DNA from: a virus
Taxonomy: Duplodnaviria > Caudoviricetes
Reading direction: 5' to 3' (one strand)
Virus record (IMG/VR): IMGVR_UViG_3300042924_003258
Coordinates: 1-58,092 of that record
DNA length: 58,092 bases
In this document: one piece after another, positions 17,101-26,200 of the stretch
Position numbering within the stretch: the first letter of the stretch is position 1
Layout of the letters: the number at the start of each line of letters is the position of its first letter
Translations under genes and position numbers: made by a program
The notes under the pieces: model-generated
Database searches by the model: none
What the model was told of the DNA's origin: nothing
The model's input: only the letters and a program-made list of their open reading frames with translations

Positions 17101-17215
17101 TGGGTAAGCTCCAGTGGTACGGGCGTTGTCGGGTGCAACCGACACGCCCACTTGCGACCCCCCGCACGGCGCGAGGGAAACCGGCGCGGGCCTGTTGAGG
17201 CGCGCGCGGGGAGGG

Positions 17216-17590
17216 TTACTTGGACTTGGCCGCGAAGTAGTTGCCCACAGCCGTATAGGGCCAGTGGGCTGGTTCGTCTTCAGAGGGGGCCGATTCCATG
17301 CCGGGGCTGTAGATGCGACCCAAGGCACACATAGCGGCGTACTCGGGCGAAGACTGGCCCGCGTGCCATTCGGTCAAGGCCCAGTACGCGCCGACGATCA
17401 AATCGGACGCGCAGCATTCCCCACCCTCGCCCAAGTAGAGCCAGGCATCGTTGTCGGATTCTTCGCCCTTGACGGCATCGGCCAATTCGATAAGGGCTTG
17501 GCACAGGTCGATGTCAGGCCCATCGGTTCGGAACAAAGACGAACGAGCGATGGTGTCAAACGCGCGAACGGTATCAGCATTGGCTTTCAT
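17216..17590 (-). CDS. hypothetical early protein
   Basis: GGAG RBS; GAYWALTEWHAGQSSPEY. Confidence 0.7.
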   Translation of the reverse strand: MKANADTVRAFDTIARSSLFRTDGPDIDLCQALIELADAVKGEESDNDAWLYLGEGGECCASDLIVGAYWALTEWHAGQSSPEYAAMCALGRIYSPGMESAPSEDEPAHWPYTAVGNYFAAKSK

Positions 17591-17668
17591 TGCTATTGCT
17601 CCCGGCCCTGCAAGGCCATAACAACCCCGAAAACCCATCCGGCCCGTTGGGGCGGGAGGGGTGGTAGA

Positions 17669-17980
17669 TCAAAGACCGGCAATCTTGGCCACTACTCGCT
17701 TGGATATCCCCGAGCGATTCAACGTAAAACAACCCGACCGAATGGCCGACAACCCGCCAATGCTCCCGCCATCAGTTCCCCAAGTAGAACCCGCCTGAGT
17801 CGCAGGCAATTCCGCCAAGTATCCTCCCGCCATCATGTCGCAATCGACGAATGCCGAATTGTCGCCAGCGGGAAAACGCTTGCTAATCGTCACGATGCAT
17901 CCACGCGCCGAAACGCTGTACCCATCCCCCTTCACCTTCGCCATCCAACCCGCCAAGTCAAACATTGTCGCAGTGCCCAT
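17669..17980 (-). CDS. first early protein
   Basis: Lies directly downstream of the early promoter; STWGTDGGSIGG. Confidence 0.7.
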   Translation of the reverse strand: MGTATMFDLAGWMAKVKGDGYSVSARGCIVTISKRFPAGDNSAFVDCDMMAGGYLAELPATQAGSTWGTDGGSIGGLSAIRSGCFTLNRSGISKRVVAKIAGL

Positions 17981-18012
17981 CGGTCGTTCCCTTTCGTGTT
18001 CCCCGATACACC

Positions 18013-18041
18013 AGTATATAGCACTCATCGACCAAAAGCAA
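18013..18041 (-). promoter_or_regulatory. host sigma70-type early promoter
   Basis: TTGCTT-N17-TATACT with upstream T-tracts (UP-element-like). Confidence 0.75.
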
Positions 18042-18113
18042 GGGAACAGACAAGGAAAAACAGAAAAAACTGGAAAACTTGCACCCCAGCCACAGATTCC
18101 GCCCGTCCCCCCC

Positions 18114-18142
18114 TTGAATTGTTAGGTTTTCGTGCGTAGAAT
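18114..18142 (+). promoter_or_regulatory. divergent sigma70-type promoter
   Basis: TTGAAT-N17-TAGAAT. Confidence 0.6.
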
Positions 18143-18149
18143 CATGGGA

Positions 18150-18810
18150 CATACGGGAGATGTGAGACAACACCAGGCGCCCAGCGAGCAGGTGATGCAA
18201 CCAGAGCAGGCACGCGCAACGATGCGACCGTGCGGCGTAACGGGCAGAGCATGACGCACAGACCAACCAACCACGCGGCGAGCACTGGCGACACCAGTGC
18301 AGACACCAACCACGCGCAGGGCAAGGAGCAGAGTGAGAAAAACACTGTCAATGGCGGTAGGTGGGTGTGTGAGCGGATGGGCCAGTGGTTACGGATGGGT
18401 AGGGCCAAGCTGGCGGGGCCGGTGTGGACAGGGCTAGCCATGACAGAGAGAGAGAAGAGAGAGAGGATGGGACAGGCGAGCGACACGAACGGCAAGGTGA
18501 GTAGTGGTGAGTAGGTGAGTGGTGGTGGTGGACGCCAGCAGGAAGAGAGAAGAGAGAGGGAGTGTGTGGTGGTGGTCGGGTGACACACACACGCACGAAC
18601 GCAACCGGGTGACCAGGCTCCACCGAACGCAATGCGAACGAACGCACAAGCAAGCACGAATCCGCACAAGGAACCGCACAGATGCAACGCAACCCACGCA
18701 ACCACAAGCAGTTAGCGATGCTTGCACCGAGCATTGGACGCGGGGAACGCCGGAAAGAGAGGGGGGCCAGGGGGGGTTCCCGCGTGCGGGCCGGTTCAAT
18801 TGACCCCCAC
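18150..18810. other. Low-complexity, T-poor region; candidate genome end / packaging region
   Basis: (GA)n, (GT)n and (CA)n runs; many ACGCA units at 18590-18705; GGGGGGCCAGGGGGGG near 18760; lies between the late end and the early promoter. Confidence 0.55.
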
Positions 18811-18848
18811 GATTGTCTAAACCAAAACGACCCCGGTCAGGAGTGGCC

Positions 18849-19058
18849 ATGAAGCGAAAGACTAGAAAGCCGCAGGAGCATCACCTTTGCCTCGGGTGCA
18901 ACGAGTTCACGAACCATCCGTCGCGCGTGTGCGTGAAGTGTGTTCGGGACGCTGACCGGCACGACTGTCTTCTGCCCGAAGAGATGAGCGACCGGGACAG
19001 GGACGCGATGGAGGCGATCAAGGGGCCGGTTGAAGGGAAACTGATTGTGGTCACCTGA
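18849..19058 (+). CDS. small zinc-finger protein
   Basis: AGGAG RBS; CLGC...CVKC. Confidence 0.65.
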   Translation: MKRKTRKPQEHHLCLGCNEFTNHPSRVCVKCVRDADRHDCLLPEEMSDRDRDAMEAIKGPVEGKLIVVT

Positions 19059-19123
19059 AACCCTGAGATTCCGCGCAACACCACCCCCAATGCCCCGGAT
19101 AAGTAGAGAACATGGAGCAACAC

Positions 19124-19348
19124 ATGAAGTTCAACAGTCAAACCGCATACCTCGTCACGATGAAGCATCCGATGGTCGAGAACCGGGTTGAGGTTCGGGT
19201 GCTTGCGAAGGACACGGACGAGGCTGCACGATTGGCCGTACAAGCCGAAGAGTACGGGATCGGGATGCCGGGGTACTGGCAATCTGGTCGCGTCGTTGCG
19301 ATAGAGGAGATTGGGCCGGTGTACGTGCCCGTGAAGGAGCCAGCATGA
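19124..19348 (+). CDS. hypothetical protein
   Basis: GGAG RBS; ATGA-coupled to the next gene. Confidence 0.65.
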   Translation: MKFNSQTAYLVTMKHPMVENRVEVRVLAKDTDEAARLAVQAEEYGIGMPGYWQSGRVVAIEEIGPVYVPVKEPA

Positions 19349-19605
19349 GTGACACATTCAGGATCAAGCCGCTGGTGTGGGAGAAAGAATACCGCCCCAG
19401 CGAGGCGTACACAGCGACGCCACAGCCCACGTTCTTTCGGGTCGCGGTTTGGTATTCAGACGCCCTCTCGCTTTGGGGTTGGTGCATTGATAACCGAGAT
19501 TCGATTTGGCACGCAAACGGGCTAGAGAAGACGCCTGAAGACGCCAAGGCGCGGGCCGAATCCGCCTACCGCGACCTCCTGATGGCCGCATTGGAGCCAG
19601 CATGA
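19345..19605 (+). CDS. hypothetical phage protein
   Basis: RIKPLVW...EDAKARAES.Y...LMAALE motif. Confidence 0.7.
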   Translation: MSDTFRIKPLVWEKEYRPSEAYTATPQPTFFRVAVWYSDALSLWGWCIDNRDSIWHANGLEKTPEDAKARAESAYRDLLMAALEPA

Positions 19606-19770
19606 ACACAACCACGACGATTTTGCCCTACGCCTGCCTCTGGCTCGTTTCCGCCCCCGCCCCCACCCTCGGCCCGGTCGAAACGAACGTCGATCCTGGG
19701 GCATTGTGGGGCAAATGGTGGGACTGGGCGTGGAGCGGGGCGAATCGCCCGTTGAGGGTGGTGGACGGTC

Positions 19771-20028
19771 CTACTCCACCTCCCTCCCCCGCTTCGTCAT
19801 CTTGTCCAGTTCCTTGAACCAGATTTCGCACAGCATGTCTGTGGCTTCGAGGTACTTATCGGATGTCAGGTCTGACCGCTCGAACTCGCCGATGGTCCAG
19901 TGGTCGTAGCCGGATTCGTCGCTGCTGATGACCATTGAGGTTCCGGCCTCATGGGTGATGTACGTCGCTGTCAGGCCGTACTTCTGTTGGGCGAGCGTTT
20001 CGCACTCCTCGAACGTTTCTGGGTCCAT
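19771..20028 (-). CDS. hypothetical acidic protein
   Basis: GGAGG RBS before MDPETFEE. Confidence 0.6.
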   Translation of the reverse strand: MDPETFEECETLAQQKYGLTATYITHEAGTSMVISSDESGYDHWTIGEFERSDLTSDKYLEATDMLCEIWFKELDKMTKRGREVE

Positions 20029-20103
20029 GCGGCCTCCTGTCTGGTGGGGGCACAAAGCAAACACACTGCGCGATCGGGTGATCGCACCACTGGCAGGTCG
20101 GTT

Positions 20104-20847
20104 CTACTTCATGGCTATCTCGCAGTCCCACGCCTTGCCCATCCGGGCCTTGGGATCGCACTCGACCTTTGCGCATGCCACCCCCCAGCGAAGAGTTGAC
20201 TGGCGTTCCATGTATCCGGGCTTGAGCGGTCCCATCGTGCCGACGTTGGCAAACCACCACGGCAGCGGCACCTTCTTGTTGCGACGGCACTGCGTCACAT
20301 GCTCGGGCCTGTGCGTGTGACCGCGAATGAACAAGCGGTGCGAGTGGCCCCCGAGGTACATAGCCATCTCAAGGGCCTCTGATTCGTCGCTGGACTCGCT
20401 GTGCGCGAACCCGTGGTAGAAGACGACTTGGCCGATGGTGAAGCAGCACCGTTCGTCCTTGACGTACGGGTACTCCTCCCATCGCCGGAACTCGTCGGCC
20501 CACTCCGAGCGTCGCCAGTGGACCAGCGAGCGAAGGTTCTTGGGCACGCGGCGGGCGTCCTTCTTCTGGATGTTGTCGTCGTGGTTCCCGAGCGTCCACA
20601 CCAGCCGGGCCTTGGGTGCCTGCTTGCGGATGCGTTCGGAGAACTTGGCGGCAAACTCGTACTCGTCGGCTAGGTCGTGCTGGTGTTCGTCAGGATGAAC
20701 CGACGCGGCGGCAGACTCGAAACGGTCGCCAAGGTGGACGATGATCTGAGGCTTGAACTCCGCGATCTGCTTGAGCAGCCATTCCTGGTGGGCTGCTGGC
20801 GTGAACGGCGCATGTTCGCACGAGTACGCAAGAATCTTTGTTCCCAT
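20104..20847 (-). CDS. calcineurin-like metallophosphoesterase
   Basis: HLGD, GNHD, YHG and GHTH motifs. Confidence 0.88.
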   Translation of the reverse strand: MGTKILAYSCEHAPFTPAAHQEWLLKQIAEFKPQIIVHLGDRFESAAASVHPDEHQHDLADEYEFAAKFSERIRKQAPKARLVWTLGNHDDNIQKKDARRVPKNLRSLVHWRRSEWADEFRRWEEYPYVKDERCCFTIGQVVFYHGFAHSESSDESEALEMAMYLGGHSHRLFIRGHTHRPEHVTQCRRNKKVPLPWWFANVGTMGPLKPGYMERQSTLRWGVACAKVECDPKARMGKAWDCEIAMK

Positions 20848-22766
20848 CACTCCCCACTCCATACGGGCGTGTAGTACGCCTCTGGTTTCTTCTTCCCAAT
20901 CGCCATCTGGTCAAACCGCTTCATGCGGTCGGCCCACTCCTCAGCCTTGTGTTTGGCGGCGTTCGCGGCAATCGCGTCCTCCCGCATCGAGAGCGACTGG
21001 TTGCTGTCAGTCCATGCCGCCAGCGCGATCTGCATGGCGTCCACCGCGTCATCGTGTTGCAGGCTGTTGCGTTCCCGCGTGATGCGGGTGAACTGCCACT
21101 GGAACTCATGCTCGGGGTGGCCGGGGCACTGAGGTTCAAGCACCTGCGGGGCGACCACGATCTTGTGACCAGCCAGCAGCGGCTCGATGGTGTTGATGAC
21201 GCGCAATTCCTTCTGGCCCGAACTGTGCTTGCCCGTGACTTGGCAGGACCAGCCATCGGGGTACAGCGGATCGGCACCCTTGGGCACGGCGGCATCACCA
21301 ATGGCCTTGGTGAGCAACTGGCCGAACGCCCCGGTCGGGTCGGCGTTCTTTTCGTAGATCAGTTCGGTTGCCCCGTGTTCTCGCAGTGCGGCGGCAATCT
21401 TGGCGAGACTGCCCGAGTCAAGCCCGCCCGACATGATCGTGAGGTTCTTGACAAAGAACGTGGCAGCGGCCATCGACACGATGCACAGCACCATCCGGTC
21501 GGCACCGGCACCGGCGATGTCCAGGCCCGCCTTGGTCCCTTGGTAGTTGATCGTGGTCGAGCCGATCTGGGCTGGGCGGCGGATTGCCTGCAAGCGGCTC
21601 TGTGGGTCGGGAGAACGGTTCTCGATGGTCCCGATGGCCGTGCTGCCGTTGTGGTCGTGTTCGCCCCAGAGCACCGGGAAAGGCACGGCGTCGCGGTGCA
21701 GCGGCATTACCATCAGGTCGCCCAACTTGAGCGGGCGGCGTTCCCCCTCGCCAATGCCGGGCAACATGAGGTACTGCCAGTGGAAGTAGAGTTTGCTCTT
21801 GGCTTCCTGCTCGGCCACGTAGCCGATCCCGAACCGGCGCGGCGTCGTGGGCGACCCGGCCAGCGTGCGTTCCTTGGCCAGATTCTCGGCGAGGAACGGG
21901 GCGAGGTAGGGAACCTTCTCGGTCGGATGGGGGTAGCGAACCGGATAGGCGCGGGCAGCGGCCTTGTCCATCGACACTTGCCGCAGGTACAGGCTGTCTT
22001 CCGCGTGGTAGGTGCCCGACTCCAAGATGCGGGTCGGGCTGGTGTTCTTGCTCCCCTTGGTTTCGTAGAGCCACGCGGAAAACTGGCGGGTCAGTTCGTG
22101 CAGGCGGTTGCGTGCGTCAACCGTCAGCGTGTTCGTCGGCTGCTCCAAGTCGTCGCCGTAAACGACGTGGGCACGCTTGGACGCCAGTGTGCCGGTGATG
22201 CCAATGGCCATCACGCTTGACTGGTCGCCCTTGGGGGCACAGCCGAATTGCAGTTCGGTGTCGTTGTCCTTGTCGTCTTCGGTGGGTTGCAGGTGTTGCA
22301 GCCACCACGCGGCGCGGATGATGTGCCGCATACGCCGCAGGTTCTCGCACGCCAACCCCTCGCTGCTGGCCACAATGACGAATCGCCACGACGGGTCGCG
22401 GTAGGCCAAGTAGTCCATCGCCACGGGCGCGATGTGCGACTTACCCAACTGACGGAACCCAAGAACGATGCGGGTGCGAACCGGATCGTCGTTGCACCAG
22501 AAGTCCAGTACGTCCGTTTCGGTCGTGTCGAGCGGGGCCTTGCGTTGCCACCCCATCGCATTGAACGAGGCGATGGCGAACGCGGCAGGGCACTGGGCAA
22601 GGGCCACGCGGCGAAGGGCTGCGTCATCGCCCGCAGACTTCTTGGGCTTGACGTGGAGCGTGTCAAGGAAACGCTCGTCCCGCAGGGCGTCTACAAGCCA
22701 GTCTTCCAGTTGCGACAGGTCGCAGCCAGGGTTCAGGGTCGCGCCCTGATATGTCAGCGTGTTCAC
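20847..22766 (-). CDS. terL: terminase large subunit (T7 gp19-like)
   Basis: GFRQLGKS (Walker A); GITGTLASKRAHVVYGDDLE; nuclease motifs GLDIAGAGAD and HDDAVDA. Confidence 0.93.
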   Translation of the reverse strand: MNTLTYQGATLNPGCDLSQLEDWLVDALRDERFLDTLHVKPKKSAGDDAALRRVALAQCPAAFAIASFNAMGWQRKAPLDTTETDVLDFWCNDDPVRTRIVLGFRQLGKSHIAPVAMDYLAYRDPSWRFVIVASSEGLACENLRRMRHIIRAAWWLQHLQPTEDDKDNDTELQFGCAPKGDQSSVMAIGITGTLASKRAHVVYGDDLEQPTNTLTVDARNRLHELTRQFSAWLYETKGSKNTSPTRILESGTYHAEDSLYLRQVSMDKAAARAYPVRYPHPTEKVPYLAPFLAENLAKERTLAGSPTTPRRFGIGYVAEQEAKSKLYFHWQYLMLPGIGEGERRPLKLGDLMVMPLHRDAVPFPVLWGEHDHNGSTAIGTIENRSPDPQSRLQAIRRPAQIGSTTINYQGTKAGLDIAGAGADRMVLCIVSMAAATFFVKNLTIMSGGLDSGSLAKIAAALREHGATELIYEKNADPTGAFGQLLTKAIGDAAVPKGADPLYPDGWSCQVTGKHSSGQKELRVINTIEPLLAGHKIVVAPQVLEPQCPGHPEHEFQWQFTRITRERNSLQHDDAVDAMQIALAAWTDSNQSLSMREDAIAANAAKHKAEEWADRMKRFDQMAIGKKKPEAYYTPVWSGE

Positions 22767-23206
22767 TCGTCGGTGTCTTCGGTCGGGTCGTAGTCGTCAG
22801 CCTTGGGCTTCTTGCGGCCCACGGCGCGGAGTTGGTCGGCCATGTCAGTCGCGGTGGTTTCGTGGTCGTCGCCGAAGTCGCGCTTGACCTTGCCGTGCTT
22901 CTCTGCAAACTTCATGGCTTCGTTGAGCAGGCCACGGTCGGCTTCTTTGTAGAGCGGCTTGCCGTCCTCGTACAGCGGCTTGCCGTCCGCGCCGATGCAC
23001 TGGATGCCACGCTCAACCATGATGACCAGTTTCTTGCCGATCATCGGCACCAGCATCGCCGCGTACTTCTGCGGGTCTTCGACGCGGAGTTCGTCGAGAC
23101 ACGCGCGGATGTTGGCCATCTCGCCAGCCTGTGCGGGCGAGGCAACGCTTGCGGCGAGTCGGTCGAGGGACGCGAGAGCCTTGTCGATGATGGCGATGTG
23201 GTTCAT
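22763..23206 (-). CDS. probable terminase small subunit
   Basis: Helical protein coupled directly upstream of terL. Confidence 0.55.
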   Translation of the reverse strand: MNHIAIIDKALASLDRLAASVASPAQAGEMANIRACLDELRVEDPQKYAAMLVPMIGKKLVIMVERGIQCIGADGKPLYEDGKPLYKEADRGLLNEAMKFAEKHGKVKRDFGDDHETTATDMADQLRAVGRKKPKADDYDPTEDTDE

Positions 23207-26200
23207 TCTGTTTCGCTGCGCGATGGCAGGTTGAGTTCTTCACGGATGGCACGAAGCGAACCCATGTAGTTGGGCAGGAACAGGCCCTTCGTGATGGTGT
23301 TGTAGTTGCGTTCCGAGAAGTCGTAGTCGGACTCGATCATCGGTCGCAGCACAGCACCCGGAAGGGCCGTGAGGTTCTTGAGCGAGTCGGCGGCGGCGAA
23401 GTTCGCAAGCACGCCGCTTGCCCCGGTCGCCATGTACGTTTGGCGGTACTGCGAGAACGGCGCGTCGTAGCCGAACGCGGACGCACCGGCATCCACAACA
23501 GTCGGCATGATGCCTGCCATTGCGGATCGGGCGAACGCGGCCTTGGCGATGTTCTCGGTGGCCAGGCGTTCGTTGAGGAAGTCTTCGCGGTCCTGCATGG
23601 TCGCGGCGGCGATGACGTTGGCCACGACGTACTGCAACATGCCCGTGGCAGCGGCGGATGCCGTGGTAAGCGCGGCGTGACGGTCGGCCATGCGAGCGTT
23701 GAAGCCGAGGTAGTTGCCAGTCGCACGGAGGGCGAACCGACGCAGTTGCAGGAACAACTTGCCGTACCACTTGGCCGCGAACGTCGGCATAGAGGACGCA
23801 TCGCCAAAGTTGGTCAGGCGTCGAGTGGCAATGTTTACGGCCTCGCGAAACGCAGCGGCGGCGGCTTGGTTGCTCCACGCCCGTTCGTTGGGCATGACCA
23901 CTCGGCCCGTCTTGTCCTTGGTGCCGAATCGCCGGATCATCGCGCCAATCTCGGTTTGCAGTTCGGGCGTGAGATTCAGGGCTTTCAGGCGTGCGTTTGA
24001 GAGCGGGCCAGTGCGTCCTACTGCAAAGTCAACCCAGTGGCCCACCGCGCCCGCGTACACCGCGATTTCCTGCGAGTTGCCAATCGGACCTTCGCCCGAC
24101 ATCCACTTGTTGCCGAAGTGTGTGGCCTTCTCAGCAGCCGTCGTGACAGGCCCAAACTTCTTGGCATACCCATCCGCCGCGTCCATGACGTGACCGGGGA
24201 TGCGGCTTGCGTAGCCGCGACCGAACCCGGCCAACTGCGCGTCGGCGATGATCTCTACGTCCGACAGTTGACCCGACATGGCCGACGTTGAAAGTTCGTC
24301 GATGACCGGGAACAACTTACGCATGAACGGGACGCTGACTTCCGGCTGGACCAAGTGGTTCAGCGATTCGGTTATCTGCATCGCCCCGGCGCGTGGCGTC
24401 GCCATAACCTGCATGTAGACGCCAGCGTTGATGACCTGAGTTGACCCCATCAGGGCGTAGTCGAGTTCATCCTTGAGGTCGTGGACGGCGTACCCAGCCA
24501 ACTGGCGGAACAGGGCTTCGGCTCGCGACTTGCTAGACGCGCCGGGTGCGTACCACTTGGCCGACGCCTGCTGAAACTCCGCAAGCGTCTTGGGCATGTC
24601 CTCGTTGAACAACGCCTTGTAGACGCGGCCAGCCTCTTCGAGCGCGGACCCGCTGTGCATCTCGTGCGAGTAGCGGGCGTAGAGAACGCGAGGATCGTTC
24701 TCAAGCAACTGCTCGATGGTGTACGTCTTGTCGTTGATGACTTCGCTGTACGACTCGTCGAGCGGCGTACGGGCGCGAAGGCGAGGATTAGCCGCCTCGT
24801 CACGCCCGAAGATGCTGCGGATGATGTGCTTCTTGTCGTCGCTCGCGAGGTCGGCAATCTCGTCCAGCACGCTTTCGGCGTCGGCTCGCGACATGCCAGC
24901 GTGATAGACGCGGCCCGACTTGGTGCCGCCGTACTGGATTGCCGCCTCTGCCATGCGGCGGGCAACCTTGTCGTCCTTGGCCGCGACCTGATCGGGCGTC
25001 AAGTCCGGGAACAGTTCGAGTTGGTTCTGCCCCACGCGGGATTGCCGCATGTCCGACAGGATCGCGTTCTTGTAGAACGTCACCGCCCCATCGTGGCCGA
25101 GTTCCTTGACCAGCCGATCCAGTTCGTCCCGCTTCTGGATGCGAGGCACGTACCCAGCCACATTGCCAGCCTCTTCGCGCTTGATGCCAGCGTGACGGAG
25201 GTAGTAGTCGAGGTTCGTGTCAAGCCCGCGACGCATGGCGTTGGCAGCTTCGACCACGCCGGGAGCGGCCCCAGTCGTGAAGCCACGCGCGGCCCGCGTC
25301 ACCTGAGCCATCCACTCGTCCTGCTTGGGCATGGCTACGCCCGACTGCTTGGCCTTCTTCGCTTCGACGCGGTACATGGCGGCAAGGCCGGTGTTGAAGT
25401 TGCCGGTGTCGTTGCTGACCGCCGCGCCGACCTGCTCGATCAGGCCGCGATTCACCGACCCGTCTTTGTGCGGGACGTAGTTCGTGCCGGTCGCGTTGGC
25501 GAACCAAGTGCCCCTCGCGTCGATCGCGTCCTTGCTCGCCCACGCCGTCATCGACATGGTGATGGGAACCTTGGTGTCCTTGTCCTTGATGTAGAGCGTC
25601 GTGGTCGCGGGCGACAGGCTCACACGCGAGGCATCCATGTCGCCCAACTTGAAGTCTGGACGAAGGAGCGGGTTGACGAAGGTGGGCGATTGGGTTTGAC
25701 CTTCGCCACCGGCGCGGATGGCACTGGAAAGAGCGGACAGGTTGGCTTGCGACGCCGGTATGGACTGTGCAAGCCTAGCGTTTCTCGCGTTGAGCCACGC
25801 CTGAAAATCAACCCTGTCGTCTTGGCTTGGGATGCCAAGCGACGCCCTAGCGGGATAAACGATATCCGACAAGATTTCGTTGCGGCTTTTGCCGGGAACG
25901 TCGTTGTCTGCAAGAAGACGAATTGCAACTTGTTGCCCAGTTAGTCCTTGTGCCGACAAGTCTTCGATCTTCTGGGTGATACCAAGACGGTCTGCTGTGT
26001 TTCTTCCGTTGCGAATCGACTCGCGAACCCAATCTGCGGCTTTGATCGTGTCGGTGATGTTTGGCAATTGGGGCGAAGCGGGCTGTGGTGCGGACGGGGC
26101 AAGGTCTGGATAGTCGGCCAGCACGCTCGCAGGAACCCGCTTGCCCGCTTGAACCGCCACTTCAACCGCTTCTCTGTGTGCGTCTCGCCCGAATCCAATC

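Larger units (their letters stand above)
13361..17671 (-). repeat. Dispersed family of intergenic hairpins: stop-CCACCCCTCGC...GCGGGTTT
   Basis: Copies at 15142-15182, 15588-15630, 16129-16172, 16826-16866, 17177-17218 and 17629-17671; relatives at 13361-13391, 13651-13682 and 9891-9942. Confidence 0.75.

Noticed and set aside
13361-17671. CRISPR array or canonical integron attC array
   Set aside because: The repeats are non-identical and separated by whole genes, with no cas genes. The elements are ~42 nt, lack GTTRRRY, and the integrase shows no IntI-like features I can see. Kept only as a speculative analogue.
18142-18850. Minus-strand ORFs across the low-complexity tract
   Set aside because: Their translations mirror dinucleotide runs (LSLLS, CVCV) and lack an RBS.
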